DNA of 63,752 bases, counting the filler, from Lenisia limosa (Eukaryota; Protista; Breviatea): assembly GCA_001655205.1 (NCBI GenBank). It is 11 parts of 11 records of this genome, joined end to end, with 100 filler letters (N's around TTAATTAATTAA, not from the genome) between each part and the next. Parts side by side here need not be neighbours in the genome. Positions count along the whole stretch, not along the records: positions 38,929 to 42,251 come from LPNZ01005437.1; positions 42,352 to 43,732 come from LPNZ01007056.1; positions 43,833 to 48,684 come from LPNZ01000702.1; positions 48,785 to 52,673 come from LPNZ01007076.1; positions 52,774 to 56,484 come from LPNZ01009339.1; 6 more parts are not named here. The stretch is one strand, 5' to 3'. This document shows positions 41,693 to 53,790 of the stretch, piece by piece (within the stretch, counting starts at the first letter, position 1; each line of letters begins with the position of its first letter). The notes below the pieces were generated by a model. The model was not told the DNA's origin. It saw only the letters and a list, made by a program, of their open reading frames with translations, and made no database searches. A program made the position numbers and the translations under genes.

Positions 41693-42250
41693 ATGGCTCG
41701 CTCGCCAGATGATCCAACGGATGGCACCCACTCAATGATGGAGACTATGAGCCGTATTTCCATTGATGTTGATAAACTTCTTGTTGATGATGAAGAAGGA
41801 AAGCAGTCATCGCTCTTTAGCACGAGCTATAATGATGAAGAATTCACATCGAAGCTACTGCCGCCTGCTTTCCCTTCCGCTTTTGGTACGTTCAAGACTG
41901 AATCCTTCAATTCAGGATCAGTAATTCCAAAAGGCTCTCACCAGTGGTCTTTGACCCAACCTTTTGAAGCTGTCTGTCCAACCCAAGACATAAACTCTCC
42001 ACATTCTATCGTTTCAACGACTGATAGCTTGTGTGCTATGGATCCGCAGGAAATCACAAAAGTTTCAGCAGCATATGAGGCACAGGTCATCGAAGTTCTT
42101 GAAGAAGCAAGAGGTGCCCCTGTTCTTCTTGCAAACCTTGGTTCCGAGTTACCAATTCCTAAAGTTCTGGATTGCAAAATGAAGGCCTTTCTTGAAGCGC
42201 GACCCAACCTTTTTGTGGTGAAAAGAGATTCAAAGCACCATGCGGCTGTT
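41693..42250 (+). CDS. 5' fragment: low-complexity N-terminus followed by a LOTUS/OST-HTH-like domain
   Basis: Open 186-codon exon ending in VIEVLEEARGAPVLLANLGSELPIPKVLDCKMKAFLEARPNLFVV, which resembles the LOTUS winged-helix pattern. Confidence 0.5.
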
Positions 42251-42351
42251 ANNNNNNNNNNNNNNNNNNNNNNNNNNNNNNNNNNNNNNNNNNNNTTAAT
42301 TAATTAANNNNNNNNNNNNNNNNNNNNNNNNNNNNNNNNNNNNNNNNNNNN

Positions 42352-42945
42352 TGAATGACCTTGAGGTCTTACCCAGGCTAATAGCGGTTGATGCAGCCAA
42401 GAACAAGGTTATGTATGTATGTATGTATGTATGTATGTATGTAGCTATACATAATATGTTTGGTATATCTGATATATTATAATTATGATGTATGACGGGT
42501 AATATGCACAGCAATATTCATTATAAATCTGGGAAACAAATCAGTATATTACATCACAACAGAAAGTGCAAACATTTTGGACATTCTCTTTTTTTGAACA
42601 AGAAAACTATTAAACATATGAAATCTAGGGAAACGTTGCTCACCTTTTAGGTTGAATATGAGAATGACGACGGATGGGATTGTTTGATCGAAGATGCCAT
42701 TACTGAATTGGTGGGGGGGGGCAATTCCATTGATTTTGTATTACTTCCCGCACTTGATGTCACATTAACATTCACTAACTCCCTTCAATGCGATAGGGTA
42801 GTATATTATGTATTATATATCTTCCCTTATAGATGATGGAGAGTAGAGGCCTCTTTTTGACATTTTCTAGGATGGAGAGGTGCTGCATTCAGATGAGGAT
42901 GAGGAGGATGAAGATGATGGCTCCGAATCTGATGACGTGAGCTGA
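42352..42945 (+). CDS. 3' fragment of an unidentified gene with an acidic tail
   Basis: Exons LNDLEVLPRLIAVDAAKNK | VEYENDDGWDCLIEDAITEL | DGEVLHSDEDEEDEDDGSESDDVS*. Confidence 0.55.
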
Positions 42946-43223
42946 AGGGCCAATGAGGGTCAAATAAGCTGGCCAATGAGTGTCAAATAAGCTGGCCAAG
43001 GGTCGTTTTTCATCTCTTTTTTTTTTTTTGTTGTTGTTTATAGTTTTTTCAATTTCACCCCCNNNNNNNNNNNNNNNNNNNNNNNNNNNNNNNNNNNNNN
43101 NNNNNNNNNNNNNNNNNNNNNNNNNNNNNNNNNNNNNNNNNNNNNNNNNNNNNNNNGATGATGACGTAATCGTCGATGCGGCGGCGGAGAGACCGAAGAA
43201 AAAGTTGGCTTTTCGCGTGGAAT

Positions 43224-43315
43224 TAGGTTTTCCCTTCGGTTCAAAAAAATATTGAATTTCTCGATAGATCCTCGAAAACTATCGATATTTTACCGGCCTT
43301 TTTCGAACCGAAGTG
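43224..43315. mobile_element. Family B MITE
   Basis: TAGGTTTTCCCTTCGGTTCAAAAAAA ... TTTTTCGAACCGAAGTG. Confidence 0.8.
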
Positions 43316-43849
43316 CAATGCTTTCTTTCGTGCTACTTTCGCACCAGTGCAAAAGAGGAGGGGGATCTGTCTTGATATTCGAAAAAGCATTTGTCCCGAA
43401 TAGAAATGAGTGTATCCGACATTCAACGGTTGTTTGACCTAGAGGAGAACCTGTTTTTACTTTTCTCTTATGACCAAGCTTTTTTTTTACCACGAAGAAA
43501 CTGTTTACACTTACCTCTTTAGGAAGAAACTGTTCGCAACCAGTGAGGAGATTCGAATTGGACCGCTTTTCATTCATTCCATTGAAGACGTAGCTGATAA
43601 TGAACGTGGGGGCGGGGGGTAAGTACAACTCTCTTTTACAACTTAATCAGATGTAATATAATTATTGATATATTTGTATGTACTATACTGTATGTAATAC
43701 CTTTTTTTTAAGTGATAGAGAGGGTCCCTCAGNNNNNNNNNNNNNNNNNNNNNNNNNNNNNNNNNNNNNNNNNNNNTTAATTAATTAANNNNNNNNNNNN
43801 NNNNNNNNNNNNNNNNNNNNNNNNNNNNNNNNAATATTTATCTTAAGAA

Positions 43850-46545
43850 AGCTATTGAAGCGTTTGTTGAGTGCGACACTCTTGGTAATCGCTTTCCCAT
43901 TACCTCTTTCCTCCACATGGACTGTGATAGTTCCTTCTCAGTTGTCATTCCTCGAACAACTTTCGTTGATTGTTTGACCCGTTTTGTTCATCACAGACTG
44001 ATTAAGAGTGACAGTGGCGCTTTCATCTTTCATAGAGAAAAGAAAGGAAGAAAGCCAATTGAAAAAGTTGCCCTCAATGAGGCAGAGGAAACCTGTCGGA
44101 AGTTGCAATCTGTATGTGGGGGGTTTGTTTATTTTCAAACAGATTGACAACATATTACTTTTCTGATTACCTTAGCTGGGTATCTCAATGAAGATCGAGA
44201 ATATTGTGAGGAAGCTCTAGGAGAATGATTCAATGGGAAGAGGATCTACAACGAAAGCCAAGGCCATTAGAGCTGAAGCCAAGAAGCGTGTTCCTTCTGA
44301 CTTGGATTTACAGCGCCAAGAAAAAACACAAGTATGGCTTCATTTATTCATTTGATTACTTACTAGTGAAAATCTGTAGTCGGTTTTATTATTGTTTCCT
44401 TTTGTTCCACTAATCAATGAAGCCTGAAAGTACCCTTATCATGGCGCACCTTTGGCACGCTAGCATTCGTGTAGCTAAGAAGATCAAGTTTGCCTCAGAT
44501 TCCAAGACTGCAGTTGACGCCAAGATGAAGGCCTCAATCAAGGTGTATGGTGTTGCAACCGCTGCCGAGGAACTCGTCAAGACCCAAGTAACTGCATGGA
44601 CGGAGATGAAGACAGTGGTAGGAAGTAACTTTTTATTATTTTTCAAGTATTAGATACTGTTTATTATACCAGTTTTTGTAACTACAATCTTGTTTATTTA
44701 CAACCCATCTTTTTCATTTGCTTAATTTTGTCAAGTCAGTGCAAGCCTCAATGAGCCGTTTCCAGTTGAGCTCAAGTCATATCAGGCGGAGGCTGTGAAN
44801 NNNNNNNNNTCAGATATGCTTATTGTTGTTATAAATATTGTTTGTTATTAAACTCACTTTGTCTTATGATTTTAGTGTATCAACTACCGAAATCCTCTCA
44901 ATCATGGAACCATGGGTTCATTCATTGGAATGTTCAGCTCCTAACGTGTCAATTGAGAATCAACGCAACCTGTTTTATGATGAGAACGCGTGGATGAAAG
45001 GCGTGTTCAAGGACATGAAAGGTGATCCTATGGCCTCCGCTGTCACAGTTACTTCGATGTCTGGTGAGATTGTTTCCTCTGGTATCATTGTTGGATCTCC
45101 CCAGTTTGCCACGGCTGGAGACAAGCGAGAGAAGAAGGCAGCCCCATCAACCAAACCCTACCTGCCCCAAGAAGATACTCGAATGGATGAAGAATAACAA
45201 CCCAATGGAGACGCCTGTCCTCTTTCCCCCCAAACCTGAATCAATTGAGGCGGCTGAAGATTGGAACATGGTGGCAATTGGTGTCAACAGCAGTGCGTAT
45301 TTTTCCACGAAGCCTTCCTCCGATGCTTGGAATCCGTCTGCCGCAACAAGCGCTCTTCTTGCCATGATCCCATCGTCATGATCGGAGATGGGGCCCGCAT
45401 TCATGCGACCATTGCAGGTTAGTGCCTGTCTTCTTGACATTCAATCACTTATTGCAAAAGGTGGCTGACTCGCATTATCATGCCAAAGTGAACCAAAAAG
45501 TTTACCAACAAATCGCNNNNNNNNNNGAAGGATGTCAACTCTGAAAAATAAGAATATTCATTGTATTTGTATAATGAATGCTAATCACTCATCTCATCAG
45601 TTTAGGTTCATCAAGGAAGAAGAAGTCTTTGGAATTATTGCCAAAGCAATGAGCAGCCCCAGTACTGCTGTGATTCGGTAAGGCTCTGTCTTCCGCCCTC
45701 CACCTTCCGAAGGCTACCCTGCTCCAACTTCCCAGTACCTCAGAGCTCTTTTCTCTCACACCAACACCCACTGTCCATTCAATTGCCCCAACCTCTACCC
45801 ACGTACACCAGCTTTCCCAAGAATGACCAGCAAACCTACTGCGCTGGAGAAGGCTAAAATTTTGACTGAAATCGATGTTGCTAAGCCGGAAGAATGCATC
45901 CAACTTGAACAGGCACTGGCAAGCCAAGCCGCTTCATTGGTACCTGAAGATACCCCAAGTCCCGTTTGTCAGAGGTGCCTCCGCAATGCTTGCTGCCACT
46001 TCCGTTAAATTCCCAACCCTTTCACGAATGCGAGAACTCAGCCAGTCTGTCGCTGCCTTCGACGACAATTGTGATGAGCTGGCGAGTTCAATCGTTCTGG
46101 CCACGCAGNNNNNNNNNNNNNNNNNNNNNNNNNNNNNNNNNNNNNNNNNNNNNNNNNNNNNNNNNNNNNNNNNNNNNNNNNNNNNNNNNNNNNNNNNNNN
46201 NNNNNNNNNNNNNNNNNNNNNNNNNNNNNNNNNNNNNNNNNNNNNNNNNNNNNTTTTTTTCGAAGTTGAGTAATTACACTTAGGTTGTGTGTCACACCAC
46301 TGATGTGAAGGAAAGCTCTCTCCGCCAATTGTCTTGTGATACTTCACAAGGTGCAATTCTATCCCACCTCTGCCATGCGAAGAGGTTTGCAAGTTGAGTT
46401 TTTTGTAGACATGTTCACATTGCTCTATTACTTATAGTTCCCAGGTGGTGCTAAAGCATTGGCTCAAAGTAAGGTCGATAAAGCAAAACGGCAAGCGGTG
46501 AAGGCCGAAGCAAGAGACACAAAAAAACAGAAGAGGAATAAATGA
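43850..46545 (+). pseudogene. Intron-containing, degenerate pogo/Tc1-type DDE transposase-like gene
   Basis: LFYDEN, VTVTSMSGEIVSSGIIVG, PIVMIGDGARIH (45361-45417) and KNIHCICIMNANHSSHQ occur in DDE_1 order; in-frame TAG near 44220 and about three frame changes, some at or near homopolymers (could be sequencing error). Confidence 0.45.
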
Positions 46546-46871
46546 GTAAGCATACTATCTGTTGACAATGGCTTTATTGATTGAATGAATCTCTTGTGAC
46601 AGATTAGACTCATCTATTTAGGTGTCTTTGAGATGTTTCTCTATAATTTGTAATTGAGGTTCAGTTGTAGGTTTATAAATAAATATATTGAAGAGTACTA
46701 CTATTTGAACCTTCTTTTTGTTGCCTTCAGCCAGACCATTTTTATTTTTATGTGCATTTTGACAAGAAAATCGGATGTTTTAAGAAAATGGTTGTATTAG
46801 AAGTAAAAAAGGATCATTCAGGCAATGAAACGAGAAAACGTAACAAAAACAAGAAAATTGAATTAATGACG

Positions 46872-48250
46872 GTATTTTGAATTAATGACGGTATTTAGGA
46901 CCGTGAGCATATACTATGTATATCAGGCGCATGACGCATTGCGATGACATAACGAGGCGGTTTAGAGAGAGAAAAATGACATGAGGGAAAGAGAGGCACA
47001 ACCCTTGACACCAAGAGATTTCACTCGTATTGTCACACCCTGGCAAAATGCTGGAGTTTTGTTGGAAGATACTTACCAAAAATCATGTAGTCGGCACGTA
47101 CTGTTATCAACTCGAGTACATTAAGGTGGTTCAGTCCTTTTTTTTTATTTATTTTTCAAAAACAGTGAAAAATAGTGTTAAGTAATTACAGTGACCCTTC
47201 GGGATACATTTAAAACAGTCCAGACTTGCATATTCTAAAAGGCCTGGAATGTGAAATCGAGGCTTTATGAGGCTAAAATATATAGACAATTTTGCAATTT
47301 TGGTTGTGCGTAGTCATTAAAATTTCTCAAATATGAAGTTTAAACCCCTAAAAGGTGAGTGTTGCAACTCCAGGCCAACACCGGAGCGCGAGAAGATACG
47401 CTTCTGTTGGTATCGAAAAAGCTATAATGTAAGCAAATGAATAAAAATTATATGAGACATAAAAAAACCCATTGAAAATCAATTCGATAAAATGTTGAGA
47501 CAAATTGATATTATATCAAACCAAAATGAAGCTCTGGTCAATTCCATCATTTTGAGCGGAATGTAAGGGTGATGTTTGAGGGCAGCAGCCTCCAGGGCAG
47601 GCTTGACATTCTTGCCGAGGTTGACCTTCAATAATAAAAGAGAGAATCTAAAGATACAAAACGATCAATAACAACAATTTGTCTACCAGCACACTTTGCA
47701 AGCGCTACAACTGCAAGGAGAAGATGCGCGATCCCGCCTTCAGTGGTTTCAAGGTAGGCTTTGGGGCAACATGTAGAAATTGTTGTTATTGGTCGTTTTG
47801 TAACTTTGAATTCTCTCTTTTATTATTGAAGGTCAACCTCGGCAAGAATGTCAAGCCTGCCCTGGAGGCTGCTGCCCTATTCCGCTCAAAATGATGCCTA
47901 AATACTATCAAAAACGGAATCATCATCATATGAAGTGAAGTAATGGATAAAGTACTCTTATTAATTCAAATAAAAGATCAGCTAACCGGTCATATGAGCA
48001 GGGATGCCCTTGAGCAGCCAAGCAATTTGCTGAGGGTTGCCTTGGCTGTCAAAAATGTCACCAAGACACAATGACGTGGGTCTTGACGGAAGAGTTACAA
48101 TAGAAGTGAAATAAGAACCTCAGACCCATCATACTCGTCTTACAAACCGATGCAACTGCTTTCACGATGGCCTTGTCAAAGCTCCAGGAGCCATGCCGAA
48201 GACAACTCTTTCTTCATTTTCTTCAGCACTTTCAACTTTTTCCTTAAAAA
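46872..48250 (-). CDS. Unidentified multi-exon gene interrupted by an inverted duplication
   Basis: Minus-strand exons with splice sites at ~48075-47990, 47625-47522 (VNLGKNVKPALEAAALKHHPYIPLKMMELTRASF), ~47421-47346 and ~47055-47010; phases not fully resolved. Confidence 0.4.
47545..47896. repeat. Long inverted repeat (arms 47545-47680 and 47777-47896, 96-bp loop)
   Basis: Arms near-identical over 120 bp apart from a 16-bp indel and a few substitutions in the intronic part. Confidence 0.92.
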
Positions 48251-48783
48251 AATGTGACTATTGGAGCAATGTCAAACAATGCAATGTTAGCACTCTTCAT
48301 TATTCTAACCTTTTCTACTTCGGAATTTCGTTGTCAATTGACTTCTAGGAGATCATGAAGCTAAATAAAAGTAAAATCATTTTCAGAAAAAGACCAATGC
48401 AGCAAAATAATACAACTTCAAACTCACTATGCGAGCTTGTGAGTTCGTAGCAGGTTCCCAATGATGTTGACAGATCCCTTCAATGTTAAACAATATCCAG
48501 AAAACAAAACAAAACGTAGTAGAATCCCAAAACATCAACAGTCGCGATAGACTTGGACTCGTTGGGTTTGCCATTGCAGGATCTCATAGTCAACCTTGCC
48601 ATTGCAGAAACCAATGGTGGGGGCATCTAGCGAGCACCAACCCCAGGGCTAATACGTTAATCCTCCCAAGAATATGAAAATTTTNNNNNNNNNNNNNNNN
48701 NNNNNNNNNNNNNNNNNNNNNNNNNNNNTTAATTAATTAANNNNNNNNNNNNNNNNNNNNNNNNNNNNNNNNNNNNNNNNNNN

Positions 48784-48928
48784 NGGGGGGGGGGGGGTAA
48801 ATTGGAAATAACTTATGAAACAAAAAAGCCCAAAATCAGTTATATTGGCAGAAAACACACGAATATTGATAACAACAACAAACAAAGCCCAGGCCAGTTG
48901 CTTCTGTAGCACCACATCACATCACTCC
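48784..48928 (-). mobile_element. Family A introner-like copy
   Basis: Reverse strand: GGAGTGATGTGATGTGGTGCTACAGAAGCAACTGGCCTGGGCTTTG...TTTGTTTCATAAG..TTTACCCCCCCC then gap. Confidence 0.8.
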
Positions 48929-48936
48929 AGCGGGAT

Positions 48937-49024
48937 TCACGCTTATAAAAGATATTGAGTTATAGTACAATATTAATTCACCCAATCATTTTCCTTACAA
49001 CTCTGTGCACAAAGCTTTCTACGT
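48937..49024 (-). repeat. Family C partial copy abutting the family A copy
   Basis: CACGCTTATAAAAGATATTG..ATTCACCCAATCATTTTCCTTACAACTCTGTGCAC. Confidence 0.8.
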
Positions 49025-49729
49025 TTTTTTAAACAAGAGAAATAATATACATTAGAACCCCCCTCCGCCCATTTTGTTTCATTGTTTTTTTTTTTNNNNN
49101 NNNNNNNNNNNNNNNNNNNNNNNNNNNNNNNNNNNNNNNNNNNNNNNNNNNNNNNNNNNNNNNNNNNNNNNNNNNNNNNNNNNNNNNNNNNNNNNNNNNN
49201 NNNNNNNNNNNNNNNNNNNNNNNNNNNNNNNNNNNNNNNNNNNNNNNNNNNNNNNNNNNNNNNNNNNNNNNNNNNNNNNNNNNNNNNNNNNNNNNNNNNN
49301 NNNNNNNNNNNNNNNNNNNNNNNNNNNNNAAATCCATAATATCCTGTGGAGGGAGATAAAATTGGAATAAACAACAAAAAGCCAATATGTTTTCCTTCAA
49401 ATTTTGAAAATAGTAAAATATTCTTTGTAAAAGTGAAACGAAGATAACACGAGGCTTATCCCGAGTGTATATATCATATTACTGTGTGTAGTTCACACAT
49501 GTGAAATTGAACCTTTTAAAATGATAATTATAACGATACAACTCAAGCTTAAGCTCAGCAATTTTAGAAAAACAGGGTAATTGTATAACTCAAGAGCGTT
49601 AATGAAAAAAATAAATAACACTATTCTCTTCTCATAACCTCGCTTTACCAGTTTTTGAACAAAGAACTCAACCAAAATTGAGCCAGTTGTTTCCCCAGAA
49701 ATAGAAAAGGAAAGCAAGCATCCACCTAC

Positions 49730-49947
49730 TTCTTGATCTTGAAGGGGTCATTGAACTGAGAAGGCTGTTTAGGCGGCCTCGAAGACGAAGAAGAGTGCCT
49801 GGACGGCAAGATCGGCAACGCAACTTCGCCATTACTGCTCCCCTCGCTGTCGCTATCCGTTCCTATTGTTGGGAGCTGTAGTGAAACGGTGCTGTAGATG
49901 CTGTTTAACTCGCTCTCAAGGCTGGACGTCAGATCGAAGGGAACCAT
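49730..49947 (-). CDS. Putative first exon of an unidentified Ser-rich protein
   Basis: ATG-initiated MVPFDLTSSLESELNS...NDPFKIK ending at a GTAGG donor. Confidence 0.4.
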
Positions 49948-51023
49948 TATGTTTCGGATTGTTGTGGTAATATCACATTCTCAGATTCTCTCTTCTCTTC
50001 ACATTTCTCTTCACATTTTCAGCATGCTTGCTTGGATTCAACTGGGCTTCAAAACTCAAACCTCAAAACCTCACATGCCACATGAACCCCAGTTNNNNNN
50101 NNNNNNNNNNNNNNNNNNNNNNNNNNNNNNNNNNNNNNNNNNNNNNNNNNNNNNTTTTGGGGAAGATCAGTTCGAGTCACGAAAGTTGTATTTTTTTTTC
50201 CAAAATCAATCTGGTCAGCATTAACCCGAAAAAGGCAAGTTTCTCTTCATATACTATTATACCCACCTTCCACCTTGAAAACTACAACTACAACCACTAC
50301 AACACAGATTTTAACAGATTAAAGTTATTTTGACCATCTTTGATAGTGAGATCAAACACACAGAAGATAGCAAAAAAGAGCAACGCGGAAAAAGAGATCG
50401 TGCTTTTGAATCTGGTATGATGGTGAAGGTGTGATGATGATATGGTGCTCTACTAGGGTATAAATAGAAACAAGTTTCATATTATCTCTTGTTTGGCGAG
50501 TTTCAAAAGTTTAACACTTGAATGTGTGAGACCGGTGGAGGTGTTATGAGAGATTTTGAAAACTGCTTCAAGTCCTTTTTGTGTGAAATGTAATTGTGAG
50601 CAGTTCCCTGTCTTTCAAATGGTGAGATTGCAGTTTCAAATTTGTTGTGATTCGTGACTCTATAATGGAGGCTACCTCCATGATTCCATTTCAAATTGAC
50701 TGTAGTGCTTCACTTTCGTTTCCAAAAAGCATGTAAAATATCAATATTAATAGATGAATGATGAATGATAATAAAATCTGTCTATTTTGGAACCAAAAGT
50801 TTTGGCGAGACCCATTTGTGTCGATCCCACGTGATCCCGTCATTTCAGAACAGCTGTATTTAGATCATTTAGAGCTAAATACAAGTTAACGTAGTTTTAA
50901 AACGTCACGTACTATATTTTAGCTTCGTATTAACCAGTTTGTTCACACCCCAGGTCTCCCCCCCCCCCAGCACCTGAGAACATCAGCAGAAATGGACAAT
51001 CCTGAGACGGTTTGAGGTGGTTT

Positions 51024-51156
51024 CACTACGGCGCAGATTCTTGTGAACAAGTTGGAATTACCTGTACATGGGAATCCCATGGAATTTTATGGAAATTTGA
51101 AGTTATTTATGGGATTACCATCTAATACGGGAATCCCAAGTCGATGCGCCGCAGTG
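51024..51156. mobile_element. Family E CACTA-like MITE (left TIR internally deleted)
   Basis: CACTACGGCGCA...GAATCCCAAGTCGATGCGCCGCAGTG; inverted homolog at 52422-52569. Confidence 0.75.
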
Positions 51157-51787
51157 TTGTCTCAACCATTTCTTTTGAAAGACTCCCCCTCAAATGAGCT
51201 GCAGTGAACAAGAATATCCATTTGAAACTCTAATTGTAACCTTAACAGAAGCCCCCCCAAGACACAAGAGATTTTCCTCGTCATACTGACAAAGGTAATT
51301 GAAAGTACCTTGTAATTAACTTTTTGGCGAAAGAAATTGACAAAATTTAATGAAGATCCTATTACAACATGTCCCTCTTCAATTGTGTTAATATTTTTCA
51401 ATTAATTCTCGAAGGCCTGGTCTCAGCTAAAAATTGGGTGGTTGGGTGGTTCTTTATAGCGTCTGATGTTAAAAAAATAAAGTGCTAAAAGAGCTATTAG
51501 TACTCTGTGCAATAATGTTGTCAACAAATAATTTGAATTTGAAATTAAAGTGCCTGAAATGAAGTTCCCATAACAATATATTCCTTTTCAAATTTTGGAT
51601 TTTTGTTCAATTAATTGCGCAAAGTCCTCCTTCTTACCTTTAATTTTGGTCAATAGAAGTGGTATAACATTTCAATGCTTGGGAAATATAAACTCATGGG
51701 GATACTCTAAAAAATACCATACTTGCATGCCCACCTTCCTTGGCACTTAACCCCTACCTAGAGATAAGAAATAAAAATAAAGATGTA

Positions 51788-51886
51788 TCTAGCAAAAGCC
51801 GTCCACACCATCACGCTTCTGAAAGATACTGGATTATAGTATAACTAGTTCACCCAATCATTTACCTGAAAACTCTGTGCACACAC
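51788..51886 (-). repeat. Family C copy
   Basis: CTAGCAAAAGCCGTCCACACCATCACGC..CACCCAATCATTTACC..CTCTGTGCACAC. Confidence 0.8.
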
Positions 51887-52421
51887 TAATGATTGCTGTT
51901 TTCAGTATTTATGAAAATATACATGTACTTATTATAGAAATTGGTTATAGTCAGATAATATGGTATATTGCGACTCATATCAATGAATTTGAACTTTCCC
52001 CCAGATTATCTAATATAATTTGGTTGTTATTCCTTTAGAAATGCGACCAACAGCGGTGAAATGCAAACATAGTGGGAGGATATTTTGGTTAATGTATAAA
52101 GACAAGGGCTCCGTGTGATTAATTTGATGAGGAAATTAATTGACGAAGTTTGAAATTAAAGTGTCTGAAATGGAGTTCCCATGACAATATATGTCCCACA
52201 TCAATTTTTTTTTCTTTCAATTAATTGCACGAAGACCTAGGTGATATATAAAGGGGATCAACTATAAAGTTATGTAGATTATGTAAATACATTGTGGGGA
52301 ATAAGTATTATGTACATTATATCATATATTATATTGTATATAGTTGTACATTGAGCAACTGTGTAATTAAAGTGATTGGGGGTTGTGTGATTAAGAAAGT
52401 ATGTGTAATGAGTGGAGTGTA

Positions 52422-52569
52422 CACTGCGGCGCATCGACTTGGGATTCCCTTGTATTATTTGGGAATCCCATAAATAACTTTGAATTTCCATAAAATTCTA
52501 TGGGATTCCCATGTAAAATATGAGAATTCCAAATTGTTCACAAGAATCCCAAGTCAATGCGCCGTAGTG
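52422..52569. mobile_element. Family E CACTA-like MITE with ~26-bp TIRs
   Basis: CACTGCGGCGCATCGACTTGGGATTC ... GAATCCCAAGTCAATGCGCCGTAGTG. Confidence 0.8.
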
Positions 52570-52894
52570 GAAAAAGCAAATTACATTGTAATGTGGAGGT
52601 TAGGTCTAGGTATGTATAACCCGAATGACAACTGCTCACAAACGACGTAATAACAATTCAGTCGACCTCATGGNNNNNNNNNNNNNNNNNNNNNNNNNNN
52701 NNNNNNNNNNNNNNNNNTTAATTAATTAANNNNNNNNNNNNNNNNNNNNNNNNNNNNNNNNNNNNNNNNNNNNTATTTGCCGTACCATATTGTTAAATAG
52801 CGGTCGTGGGGGTTGGACATGCATTCCACACACATTCCAAAAGAGCGGAAAACAATTCTCAAACACACCCTCCACATTCCCCATTGTTTAAAAA

Positions 52895-52960
52895 TAGGGC
52901 TTCATTTTGGATCGAAAAAAGATCTAAATCCTCGACTTTTCGAACCGAAGTGAAGCTCTA
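52895..52960. mobile_element. Family B MITE, short internally deleted copy
   Basis: TAGGGCTTCATTTTGGATCGAAAAA ... TTTTCGAACCGAAGTGAAGCTCTA. Confidence 0.8.
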
Positions 52961-53199
52961 GTTAAAAGGCTGNNNNNNNNNNNNNNNNNNNNNNNNNNNN
53001 NNNNNNNNNNNNNNNNNNNNNNNNNNNNNNNNNNNNNNNNNNNNNNNNNNNNNNNNNNNNNNNNNNNNNNNNNNNNNNNNNNNNNNNNNNNNNNNNNNNN
53101 NNNNNNNNNNNNNNNNNNNNNNNNNNNNNNNNNNNNNNNNNNNNNNAATACAAACTATTTACTCTTTAACATTGTTGATACAACTCCACTAACAATTAA

Positions 53200-53790
53200 A
53201 CGGATGTACTCCGTTCTGGGGTTGGAGTTCCATGGGAATGTTGACGGGAAGAACCGGTGCTGGGAGGTTTTCCTGAAATGATTAGGGTCATCGTTATACA
53301 GTGACCGGGATAAGTTGACCGATTTGCCCAATGCTTTCCCAAGCAAAATTGGTCAAGACTTATCCCGGACGTGTACACATACACAGCAAATGAGACTTGA
53401 GCAATAAATGAGAAGAGAAACAAAACAAAAAGGAAACAATAAAAGATGTGTGTAATACACCCCAAATCATAGAGCATTATCATAAAATACAAAAAAAAAA
53501 CAGCAACAAAAGAGCTAGAACCACAAAGATCCAATTCGCTCACGAGAGGCTGGACAGCTTCGACGCCAAGATTGGGATCACTGGAGCTGCCGAGGTCTGT
53601 AGGAGGAAGGGGGAGTGCAGGCTCCACCATTTGGTCTTCGCCAACTTCATGTTGCGAAGTGATCTCACTCAAGGGACGCTTGAGGGAGTCGACAGGTTCA
53701 CTCTGAGAGGTCAATAATCCACTCTGAGGAAGAAAGGGAATACACCATAACTCACCTGCAATGAAGACCCATCAAGAGGGGGGAGAGAGT
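53200..53790 (-). CDS. Exons of an unidentified gene
   Basis: AG-GT bounded exon ~53727-53520 (GLLTSQSEPVDSLKRPLSEI...LVSELDLC) plus flanking small exons. Confidence 0.4.

Noticed and set aside
43224-46545. Family B MITE at 43224 as the terminal repeat of the transposase-like gene
   Set aside because: A contig spacer at 43777 lies between them, and no matching TIR is seen 3' of the gene.
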